A stretch of 64,000 nucleotides of DNA from contig WGBD01000008.1 of assembly GCA_015494465.1 (NCBI GenBank), forward strand, positions 3,485 to 67,484, in the 5' to 3' direction. Under the pieces are notes generated by a model. That model was not told the origin of the DNA. It did not search any database and saw only the letters and a program-made list of their open reading frames with translations. Position numbers and translations under genes: made by a program. The DNA comes from Candidatus Omnitrophota bacterium (GTDB taxonomy: Bacteria > Omnitrophota > Gorgyraeia > S143-82). This document shows, piece after piece, positions 27,517 through 36,620 of this stretch; the stretch's first letter is position 1; each line of letters begins with the position of its first letter.

Positions 27517-28392
27517 TTACTTGATAAGCCCGTAAGAGCGAAGGACTTTCTTCAACCGCTCGAGGTTATCCTTGGACATCTCGCAAAGTGGCAGACGCAG
27601 TTCGGGATTTATCATCCCCATCAGACCCATAGCGGTCTTCACCGGTATCGGATTGGTCTCCAAAAACATCGCCTTCACTAAGGGCATCAGCTCAAAATAT
27701 ATGTCCCTTGCCCTCTCGATCTCCCGATTATCCCAGGCGCTTATCATCTGCACCACCTTATCCGGGACGATGTTGGCAACGACCGAGATGACCCCTTCCC
27801 CTCCTATCGACAGCACCGGCAAGGTGAGGGCGTCGTCTCCGGAAAGGAGGGTCAACTTGTCCCCGCACACCCGCTTTATCTCCGCCATCTGGGACAGATT
27901 CCCACTTGCCTCTTTTATGGCAACGATGTTCTTTATCTCAGCTAAACGGGCGATGGTCTCCACCGACATGTTTACTCCGGTACGGGAAGGGATGTTGTAG
28001 AGGATTATCGGTATGTCCACCTCCTCGGCGATCGTCTTGAAGTGGCGATATAGACCCTCTTGTGTAGGCTTGTTGTAATAGGGACAGACCTGAAGCGAGC
28101 CATCCGCACCTGCCTTCTTGGCGTGCTTGGTCAATTCTATCGCCTCCCGGGTGTTGTTCGCCCCGGTGCCGGCGATAACCGGGATCCTCCCTGCTGCGGC
28201 GCTTACCACCGCCTCTACTACATCTGCGTGCTCCTCCATAGACAAGGTTGCGGATTCACCAGTCGTCCCACAGGGCAGGATAGCGTGCGTGCCCATCTTG
28301 ACATGGAAGTCCACCAGCTTCTGGATAGCCTTATAGTCCACCTTTCCCTTCTTGAACGGCGTCACCAACGCAACGATCGAACCCCGAAACAT
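27517..28392 (-). CDS. dapA: 4-hydroxy-tetrahydrodipicolinate synthase
   Basis: GSIVALVTPF, LPCGTTGESATLS and the active-site Lys region; 291 aa. Confidence 0.93.
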   Translation of the reverse strand: MFRGSIVALVTPFKKGKVDYKAIQKLVDFHVKMGTHAILPCGTTGESATLSMEEHADVVEAVVSAAAGRIPVIAGTGANNTREAIELTKHAKKAGADGSLQVCPYYNKPTQEGLYRHFKTIAEEVDIPIILYNIPSRTGVNMSVETIARLAEIKNIVAIKEASGNLSQMAEIKRVCGDKLTLLSGDDALTLPVLSIGGEGVISVVANIVPDKVVQMISAWDNREIERARDIYFELMPLVKAMFLETNPIPVKTAMGLMGMINPELRLPLCEMSKDNLERLKKVLRSYGLIK

Positions 28393-28688
28393 ACCTTCCT
28401 CCCTTGCAATTGAACCTTCCCTATAAGACTGCGTTCACTATTAAACTTCAAAAAGAAGGCCTTATCAACCCAAAAATCCCGGTTTGTAACCCCCAAGCAG
28501 AACCAATATTGGGCCTGCAAGGGCCCTATGCCAGAGAGATACCGTCCTATCATTAACTGTGCAAATCAGATTTGCGTTGCTGAGGGGAAATGCGTATTGT
28601 ATGATTTTCTAGTGCGGTATGACGCTGGGCTCGTGTCTCCAATCCCAACTAGACAAACTTAAATCCGTTTACTTGGAGAAAAGAAGGC

Positions 28689-29408
28689 ATGAAGTACATA
28701 TTCTTGAGAGACGACGATGTATTCTCATTCCAAGAGCCATCCTTCAGGTGGTTTTGGAAAATAGCGGAATCTATGGATATACCTGTAATGTACGCGGTTA
28801 TCCCCGGCAAACTGGACGAGGACACCGCAAAAGTATTACTAGATAAAAAACGAGCCTCCCCGTCTAAGATCGACATAGCACAGCACGGTTACATGCACAT
28901 AAATCACAACCCGGATATATACCCAAAGTATGAGTTCGGTCCTTCGAGAAGCAAGGGTGCACAAAAAAGAGACCTTCTCGAAGGAATGAAGATAATGGAG
29001 CTTTCCTTTGGGCCTGACCTACCCCGTATATTCGTTCCTCCTTTCGACGGTTTTGACATAGTGACCTTAGAAGTGGCAGAAGAGCTGGGGATAGAGATCT
29101 TTTCTGCGGACAGTTACATCATAGGACAGAAATACAAATTTTTAAATCTACCCTACAGATTCGCAATAAACGACTACGCAGAAGATGGGACCCCGATCCC
29201 GGTTAGTTTTGAAACCATGTTGAAGAGGTACAGGCTCTACTACCTCTCAAATTACAAAGTAATTGGCATACTCCTCCACCACCAAGCATATCAAGATCCA
29301 TCTTCAAGAAGGGATCTGGCCTTATTTCTGAAATTCCTCGTGAAGGAAGAAACCAAAGGAGCAATCAAACTAATAACCGCCTCAAAGCTTCTCCAGTATA
29401 AGAGATAG
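28689..29408 (+). CDS. DUF2334 / polysaccharide-deacetylase-like family protein
   Basis: N-terminal FLRDDDV and QHGYMH motifs are characteristic of the DUF2334 deacetylase-like fold. Confidence 0.55.
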   Translation: MKYIFLRDDDVFSFQEPSFRWFWKIAESMDIPVMYAVIPGKLDEDTAKVLLDKKRASPSKIDIAQHGYMHINHNPDIYPKYEFGPSRSKGAQKRDLLEGMKIMELSFGPDLPRIFVPPFDGFDIVTLEVAEELGIEIFSADSYIIGQKYKFLNLPYRFAINDYAEDGTPIPVSFETMLKRYRLYYLSNYKVIGILLHHQAYQDPSSRRDLALFLKFLVKEETKGAIKLITASKLLQYKR

Positions 29409-30533
29409 CATCTTCTCGGCTCCCTTTAACTCAATCGAAGGGAATTCCCTCTGGTCTAAGTTCTTTAACTTTTCCATAAATCCTATTATCCTTGGCAGAA
29501 GTTCCTCCTCCTTGACAAAGATGAACACATTTGGGGCGGTATGGGTCAAAAACTCTGCCCGCACCCTCTGTTCGTTCAGACCAGGATAGGCATCGGTCCC
29601 CTCGAAAGGAACGAATACAGCAGGTACTCGATGCTTTATAATCTTCACAGCAGTGTTGTAAGAGGAAGTACAAATCGCCACTTTGGCCTTCCCTAAAAGC
29701 CCATCTATATCCCGAGCGTAAGGTATTACAACCACATTATCCGGGGCTTTTATATCACCCACATCCATCCTACTCGCAGGCCCTAACACAACTACAAACT
29801 TCTCTTGAGGCAACACCCTTGCTACCCCTATCGTGGCCCTCACGAGGCGGTCCATCACTATGCCCGATCCTCTCAACAGTAGGACATAGTCTTGACACGC
29901 AATATCCGTACGCCCACCTTGCTTGAAGGGCAAAGGCTCAGCGTCGATGTACCCAGTTAGGGAATACTTGCCGACGAACTCCTTTAGGAGAGTTCCCAAC
30001 AGAGGATTCTTCCTCATCCAAAACCTCAATTCCTCCTTCGAACAATGGAAAAACACATGGTCGACTACATCCATCCCCTTTTTTACTCTCTCCAGGTGCC
30101 TGTAATTCAGGATGGGGTAGCCCACACTGGAAAACACCTTAATCCCTCTTTTCCTAAGGGCCTTTGCCAATGCCATCATCTCTTTGAATATCTGGAATCT
30201 GCCGAAAGGGAAATACTCGAGGATGACGAAAGCATCGTCTTTAACGCGATCGAACAACCACCTGACCCTGCTGAGATCCACCAACTCCTTAGAGTAGGAA
30301 GGATCAAAAAAGGTCCTTTCTCCAAACACGGGGTAAGGCGAGAATAAAATAGGAAGATTAAGTGCGGTATAATCCAGGTACTCCTGAGCGGGAGATAAAC
30401 TAACTATCCTCAACCCTGCCCTGCTCGCGATAGCAAAAACCCTGGATGTATGGCCAAGACAGCCATAATGAGAAAAGACTATACTACCTTGACGGGCGCC
30501 TTTCAGATTGAGACGACTTTTATTCTCCCACAT
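29382..30533 (-). CDS. Putative GT-B fold glycosyltransferase, paralog 1
   Basis: A glycine/His N-terminal motif (GCLGHTSR) like GT1/GT28 donor-binding N-termini and a Rossmann-like C-terminal half. It is a paralog of 34597..35763, sharing the EYFP(F/L)G motif. Confidence 0.5.
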   Translation of the reverse strand: MWENKSRLNLKGARQGSIVFSHYGCLGHTSRVFAIASRAGLRIVSLSPAQEYLDYTALNLPILFSPYPVFGERTFFDPSYSKELVDLSRVRWLFDRVKDDAFVILEYFPFGRFQIFKEMMALAKALRKRGIKVFSSVGYPILNYRHLERVKKGMDVVDHVFFHCSKEELRFWMRKNPLLGTLLKEFVGKYSLTGYIDAEPLPFKQGGRTDIACQDYVLLLRGSGIVMDRLVRATIGVARVLPQEKFVVVLGPASRMDVGDIKAPDNVVVIPYARDIDGLLGKAKVAICTSSYNTAVKIIKHRVPAVFVPFEGTDAYPGLNEQRVRAEFLTHTAPNVFIFVKEEELLPRIIGFMEKLKNLDQREFPSIELKGAEKMLSLILEKL

Positions 30534-30536
30534 AGA

Positions 30537-31481
30537 TCATACAAAATTCCACCACTGCAAATAGCCGTGATAGGCCAGACACTTGGGGCAATCTCCCGCG
30601 TTAGCCCTTTTTATGACCGAAAAAAGTTTGTCTTCGTCTATTCCCGACACTATGTTTCCAACCGGCTCCATGTACAAACAAGGGAAGATGCTCCCATCGA
30701 CGGTGACGAAGAAACTGCAGGCGGGAGTGCGACAGGTAGTTATGAAGTCCATGTTCTCAGATTCCAGATAGCTGATAATGGGCTCCAGATAGGTAGAATA
30801 GATGAGATAATCAGATTCGCCGTACAAGTCCCTGTATTCCTTAGCTATTTCTTTCAAACTAGATCTGATCAGCCCAAAATCAGGCAGGAGTTCCTTTATG
30901 TCTATTGAATAGTTCCTGTGGTAATAGGAAGGCACCCTCTCAACCACCTTGAAGTACACTGGAATTTTCAGAGCTTTTCCAAGTTGCCAAACCCTGTGTA
31001 TCTGATGTTGATTAATTGAGGTGATCACCATCTTTAGGCTTAATGACATCCCCGGAGCCACCCTCCTCACAAACCTCACATTGTCTATCAGACTGCGGAA
31101 GGCACCATTATAACCGCGTTGCACATCGTGATACTTGCCTATACCATCTAGACTAAAGGTCATTTCCAGCCACCTAGCGTAGGGAGCAAACTTCACGACT
31201 AACTCTCGTATCTCCGGGCAAGTCCCATTCGAGGATATGTGTATACCCGTTATCTCATTCCTGAGCGCCCTTTTGAGGCAGTATTTGAGCAACCTGTAAA
31301 GATCTTCGTAAAGGAAAGGTTCACCACCCGTTATGGAAATGGAAAAGTTTTCGTACTTATCGAGAAAGGAGGTTATTCGACCGTAATCGATAGATGCAGG
31401 ACTCCTCCACAAAGAACACATCTTACACCTTAAATTGCATCTACTAGTTACCTCAAGCGTTATGTTAGAAACAGATCCCAT
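30537..31481 (-). CDS. Radical SAM enzyme with a C-terminal Cys cluster (SPASM/twitch-like)
   Basis: N-terminal CNLRCKMC (CxxxCxxC), the glycine motif SITGGEPF, and a C-terminal CRTPAC...C...CPKC cluster. Confidence 0.8.
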   Translation of the reverse strand: MGSVSNITLEVTSRCNLRCKMCSLWRSPASIDYGRITSFLDKYENFSISITGGEPFLYEDLYRLLKYCLKRALRNEITGIHISSNGTCPEIRELVVKFAPYARWLEMTFSLDGIGKYHDVQRGYNGAFRSLIDNVRFVRRVAPGMSLSLKMVITSINQHQIHRVWQLGKALKIPVYFKVVERVPSYYHRNYSIDIKELLPDFGLIRSSLKEIAKEYRDLYGESDYLIYSTYLEPIISYLESENMDFITTCRTPACSFFVTVDGSIFPCLYMEPVGNIVSGIDEDKLFSVIKRANAGDCPKCLAYHGYLQWWNFV

Positions 31482-31488
31482 ATCTCGA

Positions 31489-32439
31489 TTACACCAGAAA
31501 TTCCTCTAAATCCAGATCGACTGCGGTTATGAACTCCACATCTGAAATCCTCTCGGGAAAACTCATAACCCTGGAAGCCTTGCTTACGATAAAACCGTTA
31601 GCTATAAAAAGATCGACATAGGGTGCAGAGACGAGTACGCTAATCTTGTCAACTTTGGGATAGAATATCCCAATACCATCCAACAAGACAGACAGAGTCC
31701 AATCCGTTATCTCACCTGCAAAGTGCCAATCGATCAAATAAGCCGTGTCGTGGGAGTAACAGTCCTGCCTGATCAACAGACTCCCTATGTGTTTGTGGTC
31801 ATAAAAAACCTTAACGGCCCTATAGAAATCCCTAACTGGTTCCCTGTTAATCCTCTTCTCCCAAATACCACGCGACTTGTAAAAACGCCTAGGAGCAAAT
31901 GCGAGAAGCGAATCTACATATTCGCCAATGCCTATCTCCGTAACATCTATACGCCGATCCCGGGATCCTCTCGAGATCTTACCGTCTAATACATATACCC
32001 TACTGCACTCCTTCCAATTCATCTTGAAGTAAATCCTTTCCATATTATAATTGGGAACCGTGAGAAAGACATACTTCTTTGAAAGCAAATCCAAGTCCCT
32101 TCTGTATTCTAATAATCCTTTGGTTGCCATAACCTTGGCATTGTCCTTCTCTCCTTTGGTCCGAATGAAGTCAACACACCAGGCCAACTTTTTCTGCCCA
32201 CAAAGTTCGTTGGACAACAGAACAGCGCCAAATACTACGCACCCTGCTTCATCCCAATACAGATAAGTCTTGGTCTTATCCCCAAGGGAATACTTCCACT
32301 TGGCAACATCGACGAACTCTTTAGAACAGATAAAGTTTCGGGAAATAACTTCTTCTTGCTCCTGTAGATAAATTAGGCGGGACCAGTCGAGATCAAGGTT
32401 CTCCCTAAAACCTATAGAGGCCTCTTCACTCCAAAACAT
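31489..32439 (-). CDS. Hypothetical protein (316 aa) within the tailoring cluster
   Basis: Long ORF with island-like composition, tightly spaced between the rSAM and aminotransferase genes. No recognised motif. Confidence 0.5.
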   Translation of the reverse strand: MFWSEEASIGFRENLDLDWSRLIYLQEQEEVISRNFICSKEFVDVAKWKYSLGDKTKTYLYWDEAGCVVFGAVLLSNELCGQKKLAWCVDFIRTKGEKDNAKVMATKGLLEYRRDLDLLSKKYVFLTVPNYNMERIYFKMNWKECSRVYVLDGKISRGSRDRRIDVTEIGIGEYVDSLLAFAPRRFYKSRGIWEKRINREPVRDFYRAVKVFYDHKHIGSLLIRQDCYSHDTAYLIDWHFAGEITDWTLSVLLDGIGIFYPKVDKISVLVSAPYVDLFIANGFIVSKASRVMSFPERISDVEFITAVDLDLEEFLV

Positions 32440-32448
32440 AGCCCCTTT

Positions 32449-33555
32449 CTAATCCCCTTCCACGGAAGCTAGGGTTTCCACGACATACTTTATCTCATCT
32501 TCTTTGATAAAAGAAAAGAGCGGTAGATGGACGATCCTTTTACGATAGACTTCGGAATGTTCGCACTTGCCAAGAGAATACCTTGCAAATACCTTCCTCT
32601 CGTGTAAGGGCACATAGGGCCTGAGGGCATATACCCCCTTCGCTTCCAGTTTCGACAAAACATCATCGGAATCCGACACGAATACCGGGAAATTCTGCAA
32701 CACGACGAATTCCTCTTCGCGTTCTTTTAAGTAATCGATGTGGTAGTCGTCGCACAACTTCTCATACAGTCTTTTAGCGCTCCTACGGGATTTTATTATG
32801 TGGTTTATGTACCTGAACTTCACATTAATCGATACATAGTCCATCAAGTACATGGATGCAAATCTCTTGTTAAGACCTGTCAATCCGTAGTCGTCTCTCC
32901 AGATCTGGGTATAATCTCTTATCCTATTAAACCTCTCGTCGTCAAAGCAGATCATCCCACCTCCACCCCCGCAAGAAGAAATGGGCTTATAGTAGGAAAA
33001 GGAAAAACACGCGATGTCGAAAAAGGAACCCAAGTAGCGGTCTTTATACTTAGAACTCTCGGCCTGGCACACATCTTCTATAATAGCTACACCATACTTC
33101 TCCTTTATTCGCCTTATGCCTTCAATATCTGCCGGGAAGCCGAACATGTGAGGCACGATAATGGCCTTTATAGTTTCCCCATACTCATTGACTGCCTTTT
33201 CTATTTCTTGGAGGGATATAGAAAATCTCTCCGGCTCTACATCGACGATCACGGGCTCCGCTCCGGAATACAACACTGCGTAGCCTACTGCGGAATATGT
33301 GACGGAAGGCACGATGACCCTATCTCCCTTTCCTATACCTAGGGCGTAAAGGGACAGTTGAAGGGCATCGGTCCCGGAGTTTACCGCCACTGCAAACTTC
33401 CTTCCGATGTAACCCGCAAACCTTGCTTCGAACTCTTTTAACAATGTTTCTATGTCCGATAAACCATTCACACATGACAAAACTCGAGATAATTCCTCAG
33501 CATACTTAGATGCCAGAGACTTGTCCACCCTCATGGATTCATACCTAACCTTCAT
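32449..33555 (-). CDS. DegT/DnrJ/EryC1/StrS-family PLP-dependent sugar aminotransferase. The start is revised to the ATG at 33555, which overlaps the upstream rSAM stop as ATGA.
   Basis: AVAVNSGTDALQLSL, the spacing of Asp/Lys, and overall length match DegT-family aminotransferases. The 29-codon extension in the ORF track overlaps the upstream gene. Confidence 0.8.
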   Translation of the reverse strand: MKVRYESMRVDKSLASKYAEELSRVLSCVNGLSDIETLLKEFEARFAGYIGRKFAVAVNSGTDALQLSLYALGIGKGDRVIVPSVTYSAVGYAVLYSGAEPVIVDVEPERFSISLQEIEKAVNEYGETIKAIIVPHMFGFPADIEGIRRIKEKYGVAIIEDVCQAESSKYKDRYLGSFFDIACFSFSYYKPISSCGGGGGMICFDDERFNRIRDYTQIWRDDYGLTGLNKRFASMYLMDYVSINVKFRYINHIIKSRRSAKRLYEKLCDDYHIDYLKEREEEFVVLQNFPVFVSDSDDVLSKLEAKGVYALRPYVPLHERKVFARYSLGKCEHSEVYRKRIVHLPLFSFIKEDEIKYVVETLASVEGD

Positions 33556-34607
33556 ATATTCCCCTTCCGGAGCTCTAACCCGGGGATCTTCCTCTCGATC
33601 TTCACGATCTGCTCGGTCAGATGCCGATAGGCCTGAAACCAATTATTGTGATCTCGATCCATATACCTTATAGCCAACCCAGCATTGAAATTACTAAACT
33701 CCCTGTAGGACGCAGTGGGATTCTTCTTGAAAAAGTCCAATAACTTCCTTAAGTAGTCTATCACCACCCGTTGATTGATGACAATTCCATCGTCTTTTAT
33801 GTGGAAGAGAGTAAATTTATCCCGAATATTCTCTGGGAACGACAACAAGGTCCAATTGGGGAGGACTTTCCCATTAGGCTGAATCACCAGATCCATCCCA
33901 TATCCCATAGAAAGAGAATACATTTTTCCTATGAAGCCCTCTCCTCTGATACGCCTATATCTAGTCTTAAGCTCCCATGTCAACAAACGCTTGTAGCGTT
34001 CCAGAAATTTTCGCGCGCTCTCACTATCCCACGGAGCCAAAAAGGCCGGGTGCACTTCTATGTCGTAAAAGCCCAACCTTATCAATTCGAAAAAATTATC
34101 TTCCATAAAATCAACCTCATCTGGATGCACGGTCATCGTGGGATTTATGTCAACACCGCGATTGATGAGCTCGGCGACATTCCTTACATATACATCATAG
34201 GTAGCACCCGTTATCCCTAGCCGATGTCTTTGGTTTGAAGGCAATTCCCCGTCCAAGCCTGGCTCCACGGATATCCTGTTCTCCAAAACAAACCTAATGT
34301 GATCCTCCTGCCAATAGTACATGTTACTCTGAATGCTACAATCCCTATACGGAAATAACCCAAACACTCTATTGAATATGTACTTAACCTTATCCCAGAC
34401 GATTAAGGGCTCTCCTCCGGAGACAACGACATTGTGCCTTTTCATTCTCGGTAGTGCGGACAACAAAGTATCTATCTGGGCATAACTTAATTCCGTGGAA
34501 TTGGTCCTATACCTGAAGAAACAATAATCGCAATTCAGATTGCATTTATCCGTGACGAAAATCCAGAGATTTTTAAGAGGGACTTCTGCAAGTATCTTAG
34601 TTACCAT
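33552..34607 (-). CDS. Radical SAM enzyme (no obvious SPASM cluster)
   Basis: N-terminal FVTDKCNLNCDYCFF (CxxxCxxC) and VVSGGEPL; 351 aa. Confidence 0.8.
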   Translation of the reverse strand: MVTKILAEVPLKNLWIFVTDKCNLNCDYCFFRYRTNSTELSYAQIDTLLSALPRMKRHNVVVSGGEPLIVWDKVKYIFNRVFGLFPYRDCSIQSNMYYWQEDHIRFVLENRISVEPGLDGELPSNQRHRLGITGATYDVYVRNVAELINRGVDINPTMTVHPDEVDFMEDNFFELIRLGFYDIEVHPAFLAPWDSESARKFLERYKRLLTWELKTRYRRIRGEGFIGKMYSLSMGYGMDLVIQPNGKVLPNWTLLSFPENIRDKFTLFHIKDDGIVINQRVVIDYLRKLLDFFKKNPTASYREFSNFNAGLAIRYMDRDHNNWFQAYRHLTEQIVKIERKIPGLELRKGNI

Positions 34608-35763
34608 CAGTTACATCATTTAGTATTTCCCTTAAAAACACGGACTCTCCCTTAAAGTCCTCTTCTCTCAAGCAATGCGTTGGGGTTTCATCGCCCAACT
34701 CCCTTATCCATCCCGCTACCGTATTAACGGGCATCCTAGGACCTTCTATGACTCGAGCCGGAATAAACCTGCCTACGACAGAGGCCCTTGCTAATTGTTC
34801 CACGGCATCTAACGGGTATATAACGGTAGGCTTACGCCAATAAATCAATTTGGTGATAGTGTTATAGCCCGCCATGTTAATACTTAGTCTACACTTGCTT
34901 AACAAAAAGTTAAACTTCTCAAGCGGAAGAGATTCGTAAATCGTAACATTATCCGGTGCAACTTTGCGGACCTCCTCTACGAGATCATCCCTAGAAGAAG
35001 GCCCCAACACGAGAACGAACCTATCGTTTGGCATCCTCTTCGCCAAGACGATGGCCAAGGATATGATCCTATCGTTTATCACACCACCTCCCCGTGAAAC
35101 CATAACAAAATCCTTAGGGATGTCGAGAGGGGAAGTCTTTGTGTCTATGACGAAACCGGTGTACACGATCCTATCGCGATACCTATCCAGAATAGCCAAG
35201 AGGTCCTGCACCCCTCTAGAGATCTCGGCCATTTCCCGTAGATAGAGCCTTAAAAAGTCCTCCGTACTATGTATGAAAATTTTATCGTAGTACCTGCCTA
35301 TTATAGCATCTGCGCCTCTTACATGGCTCACATATCCACAAGAGCAATATATCCTCCTCACCTTAGGGCGTATCGCCTCCAGCACCGTGTAAAGCTCCTC
35401 CGTCCAAAAGGCGTCACCCAAGGGGAAGTATTCGGTAATGAAGACATCCGGAGAAAAGCTCTCTATCTCGGAGAGGATAACCGATATCCTCTCGCTCATG
35501 GCCTTCCTACCCCAAGGGCTGGACAAAACTTTAGAATGAAGGGGATCAAACCTGTCCACAAACATACCTTTTTTTGCGTACGAATGCGGTAATAAGATCA
35601 CTTTCCCCAATCTGCCAAAATCCAACAACCGCTGTCTCTTACCTCCTTGAAGGATCAGCAATTCGACATCCAAATTGGCCTTTAGGTAGGATAGTAAATT
35701 ATAGGTTCTCAGACTGTGGCCGAAGCTATTATAATGATTGTAATACAAACATATCTTAATCAT
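34597..35763 (-). CDS. Putative GT-B fold glycosyltransferase, paralog 2
   Basis: NSFGHSLRTYNLLS and EYFPLGDAF parallel GCLGHTSRVFAIAS and EYFPFGRFQ in 29382..30533. Confidence 0.5.
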   Translation of the reverse strand: MIKICLYYNHYNSFGHSLRTYNLLSYLKANLDVELLILQGGKRQRLLDFGRLGKVILLPHSYAKKGMFVDRFDPLHSKVLSSPWGRKAMSERISVILSEIESFSPDVFITEYFPLGDAFWTEELYTVLEAIRPKVRRIYCSCGYVSHVRGADAIIGRYYDKIFIHSTEDFLRLYLREMAEISRGVQDLLAILDRYRDRIVYTGFVIDTKTSPLDIPKDFVMVSRGGGVINDRIISLAIVLAKRMPNDRFVLVLGPSSRDDLVEEVRKVAPDNVTIYESLPLEKFNFLLSKCRLSINMAGYNTITKLIYWRKPTVIYPLDAVEQLARASVVGRFIPARVIEGPRMPVNTVAGWIRELGDETPTHCLREEDFKGESVFLREILNDVTDGN

Positions 35764-35780
35764 ACAGACCGATCGACATC

Positions 35781-36620
35781 ATGAATATTTACATTATTCT
35801 AAACCTCGCGATTGCCTTGTTCTTCTCTAGAACCGACTTATTATACAAAAGGATACCAAACATTCCCATTGCTATCGTCATTTTAATGGGCACGGGTCTC
35901 AATGCATATCTATTTCCAAACCGCATTCACATGATGATCCTAAATACGCTCCTTGCGACAGCCATAGCCTTCATCCTATTCTGGTTCGACATCTGGAAAG
36001 CAGGTGACGGTAAACTCCTTATTGCATTTACGGCTTTGACACCACCTTTTTTTATCGCCAACATAATTCCCCCACCTATTATCCTGACTTCCTTAGCTTT
36101 TGTACTAGGGCTAGGGGTATCCCTTCCGCCGATGGCCTTCTCTCTTTGGAAGACAGTGAGGAAAGATCCTCCAAAGATAATGGAAATAGCCTCTGATCTG
36201 GCGGAAAAGATAGCGATAGCCATTAGCACGATATGGATCATCCGGATATTTCTAAGGAACACCGTGAAGAACAACATGATCATGTACCTCCTAGCCTATG
36301 CTATAATCTCTAGCCTAAAAACGAATTGGCTTTCTAGACAAAATAAAACCTTGGTCCGAGGGATAACGGTGCTGGGATTGACAGGTCTGCTCGTGGCCTC
36401 CCGCTACCTTAGATACTTCGATGTGAAGTCCTATCTATTGATTACCACGGTCTACATCTCCATCTATTCCGCAATCGACTTGCTTTTAAAACACATTCCT
36501 GAGGAAGCAGCCAAAAAGCGCATACCTCTGGCCCCATTGATGGCCTGTGCTCAGATGCTAATAATATCAGCGCCTCCTCAGACAATGCAGTACATCTTTC
36601 GGATGCTACGGATAATATGA
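35781..36620 (+). CDS. A24-family aspartic peptidase (prepilin/preflagellin peptidase-like, TadV/CpaA type)
   Basis: Polytopic membrane protein with both catalytic Asp contexts: TDLLYKRIPN (first Asp plus the RIPN motif) and WKAGDGKLLIAF (the GxGDxKL motif). Confidence 0.7.
   Translation: MNIYIILNLAIALFFSRTDLLYKRIPNIPIAIVILMGTGLNAYLFPNRIHMMILNTLLATAIAFILFWFDIWKAGDGKLLIAFTALTPPFFIANIIPPPIILTSLAFVLGLGVSLPPMAFSLWKTVRKDPPKIMEIASDLAEKIAIAISTIWIIRIFLRNTVKNNMIMYLLAYAIISSLKTNWLSRQNKTLVRGITVLGLTGLLVASRYLRYFDVKSYLLITTVYISIYSAIDLLLKHIPEEAAKKRIPLAPLMACAQMLIISAPPQTMQYIFRMLRII

Noticed and set aside
28393-28688. Possible tRNA or att site at the island border
   Set aside because: No cloverleaf-compatible sequence, integrase gene or flanking direct repeat could be identified by eye. 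The region is left as a divergent intergenic/promoter region.
33556-33642. 29-codon N-terminal extension of the DegT aminotransferase ORF (MVSGLSASDRADREDREED...)
   Set aside because: It overlaps the upstream rSAM gene. The ATG at 33555 forms an ATGA stop/start overlap, giving a normal DegT N-terminus (MKVRYESM...). The extension is acidic low-complexity read-through.
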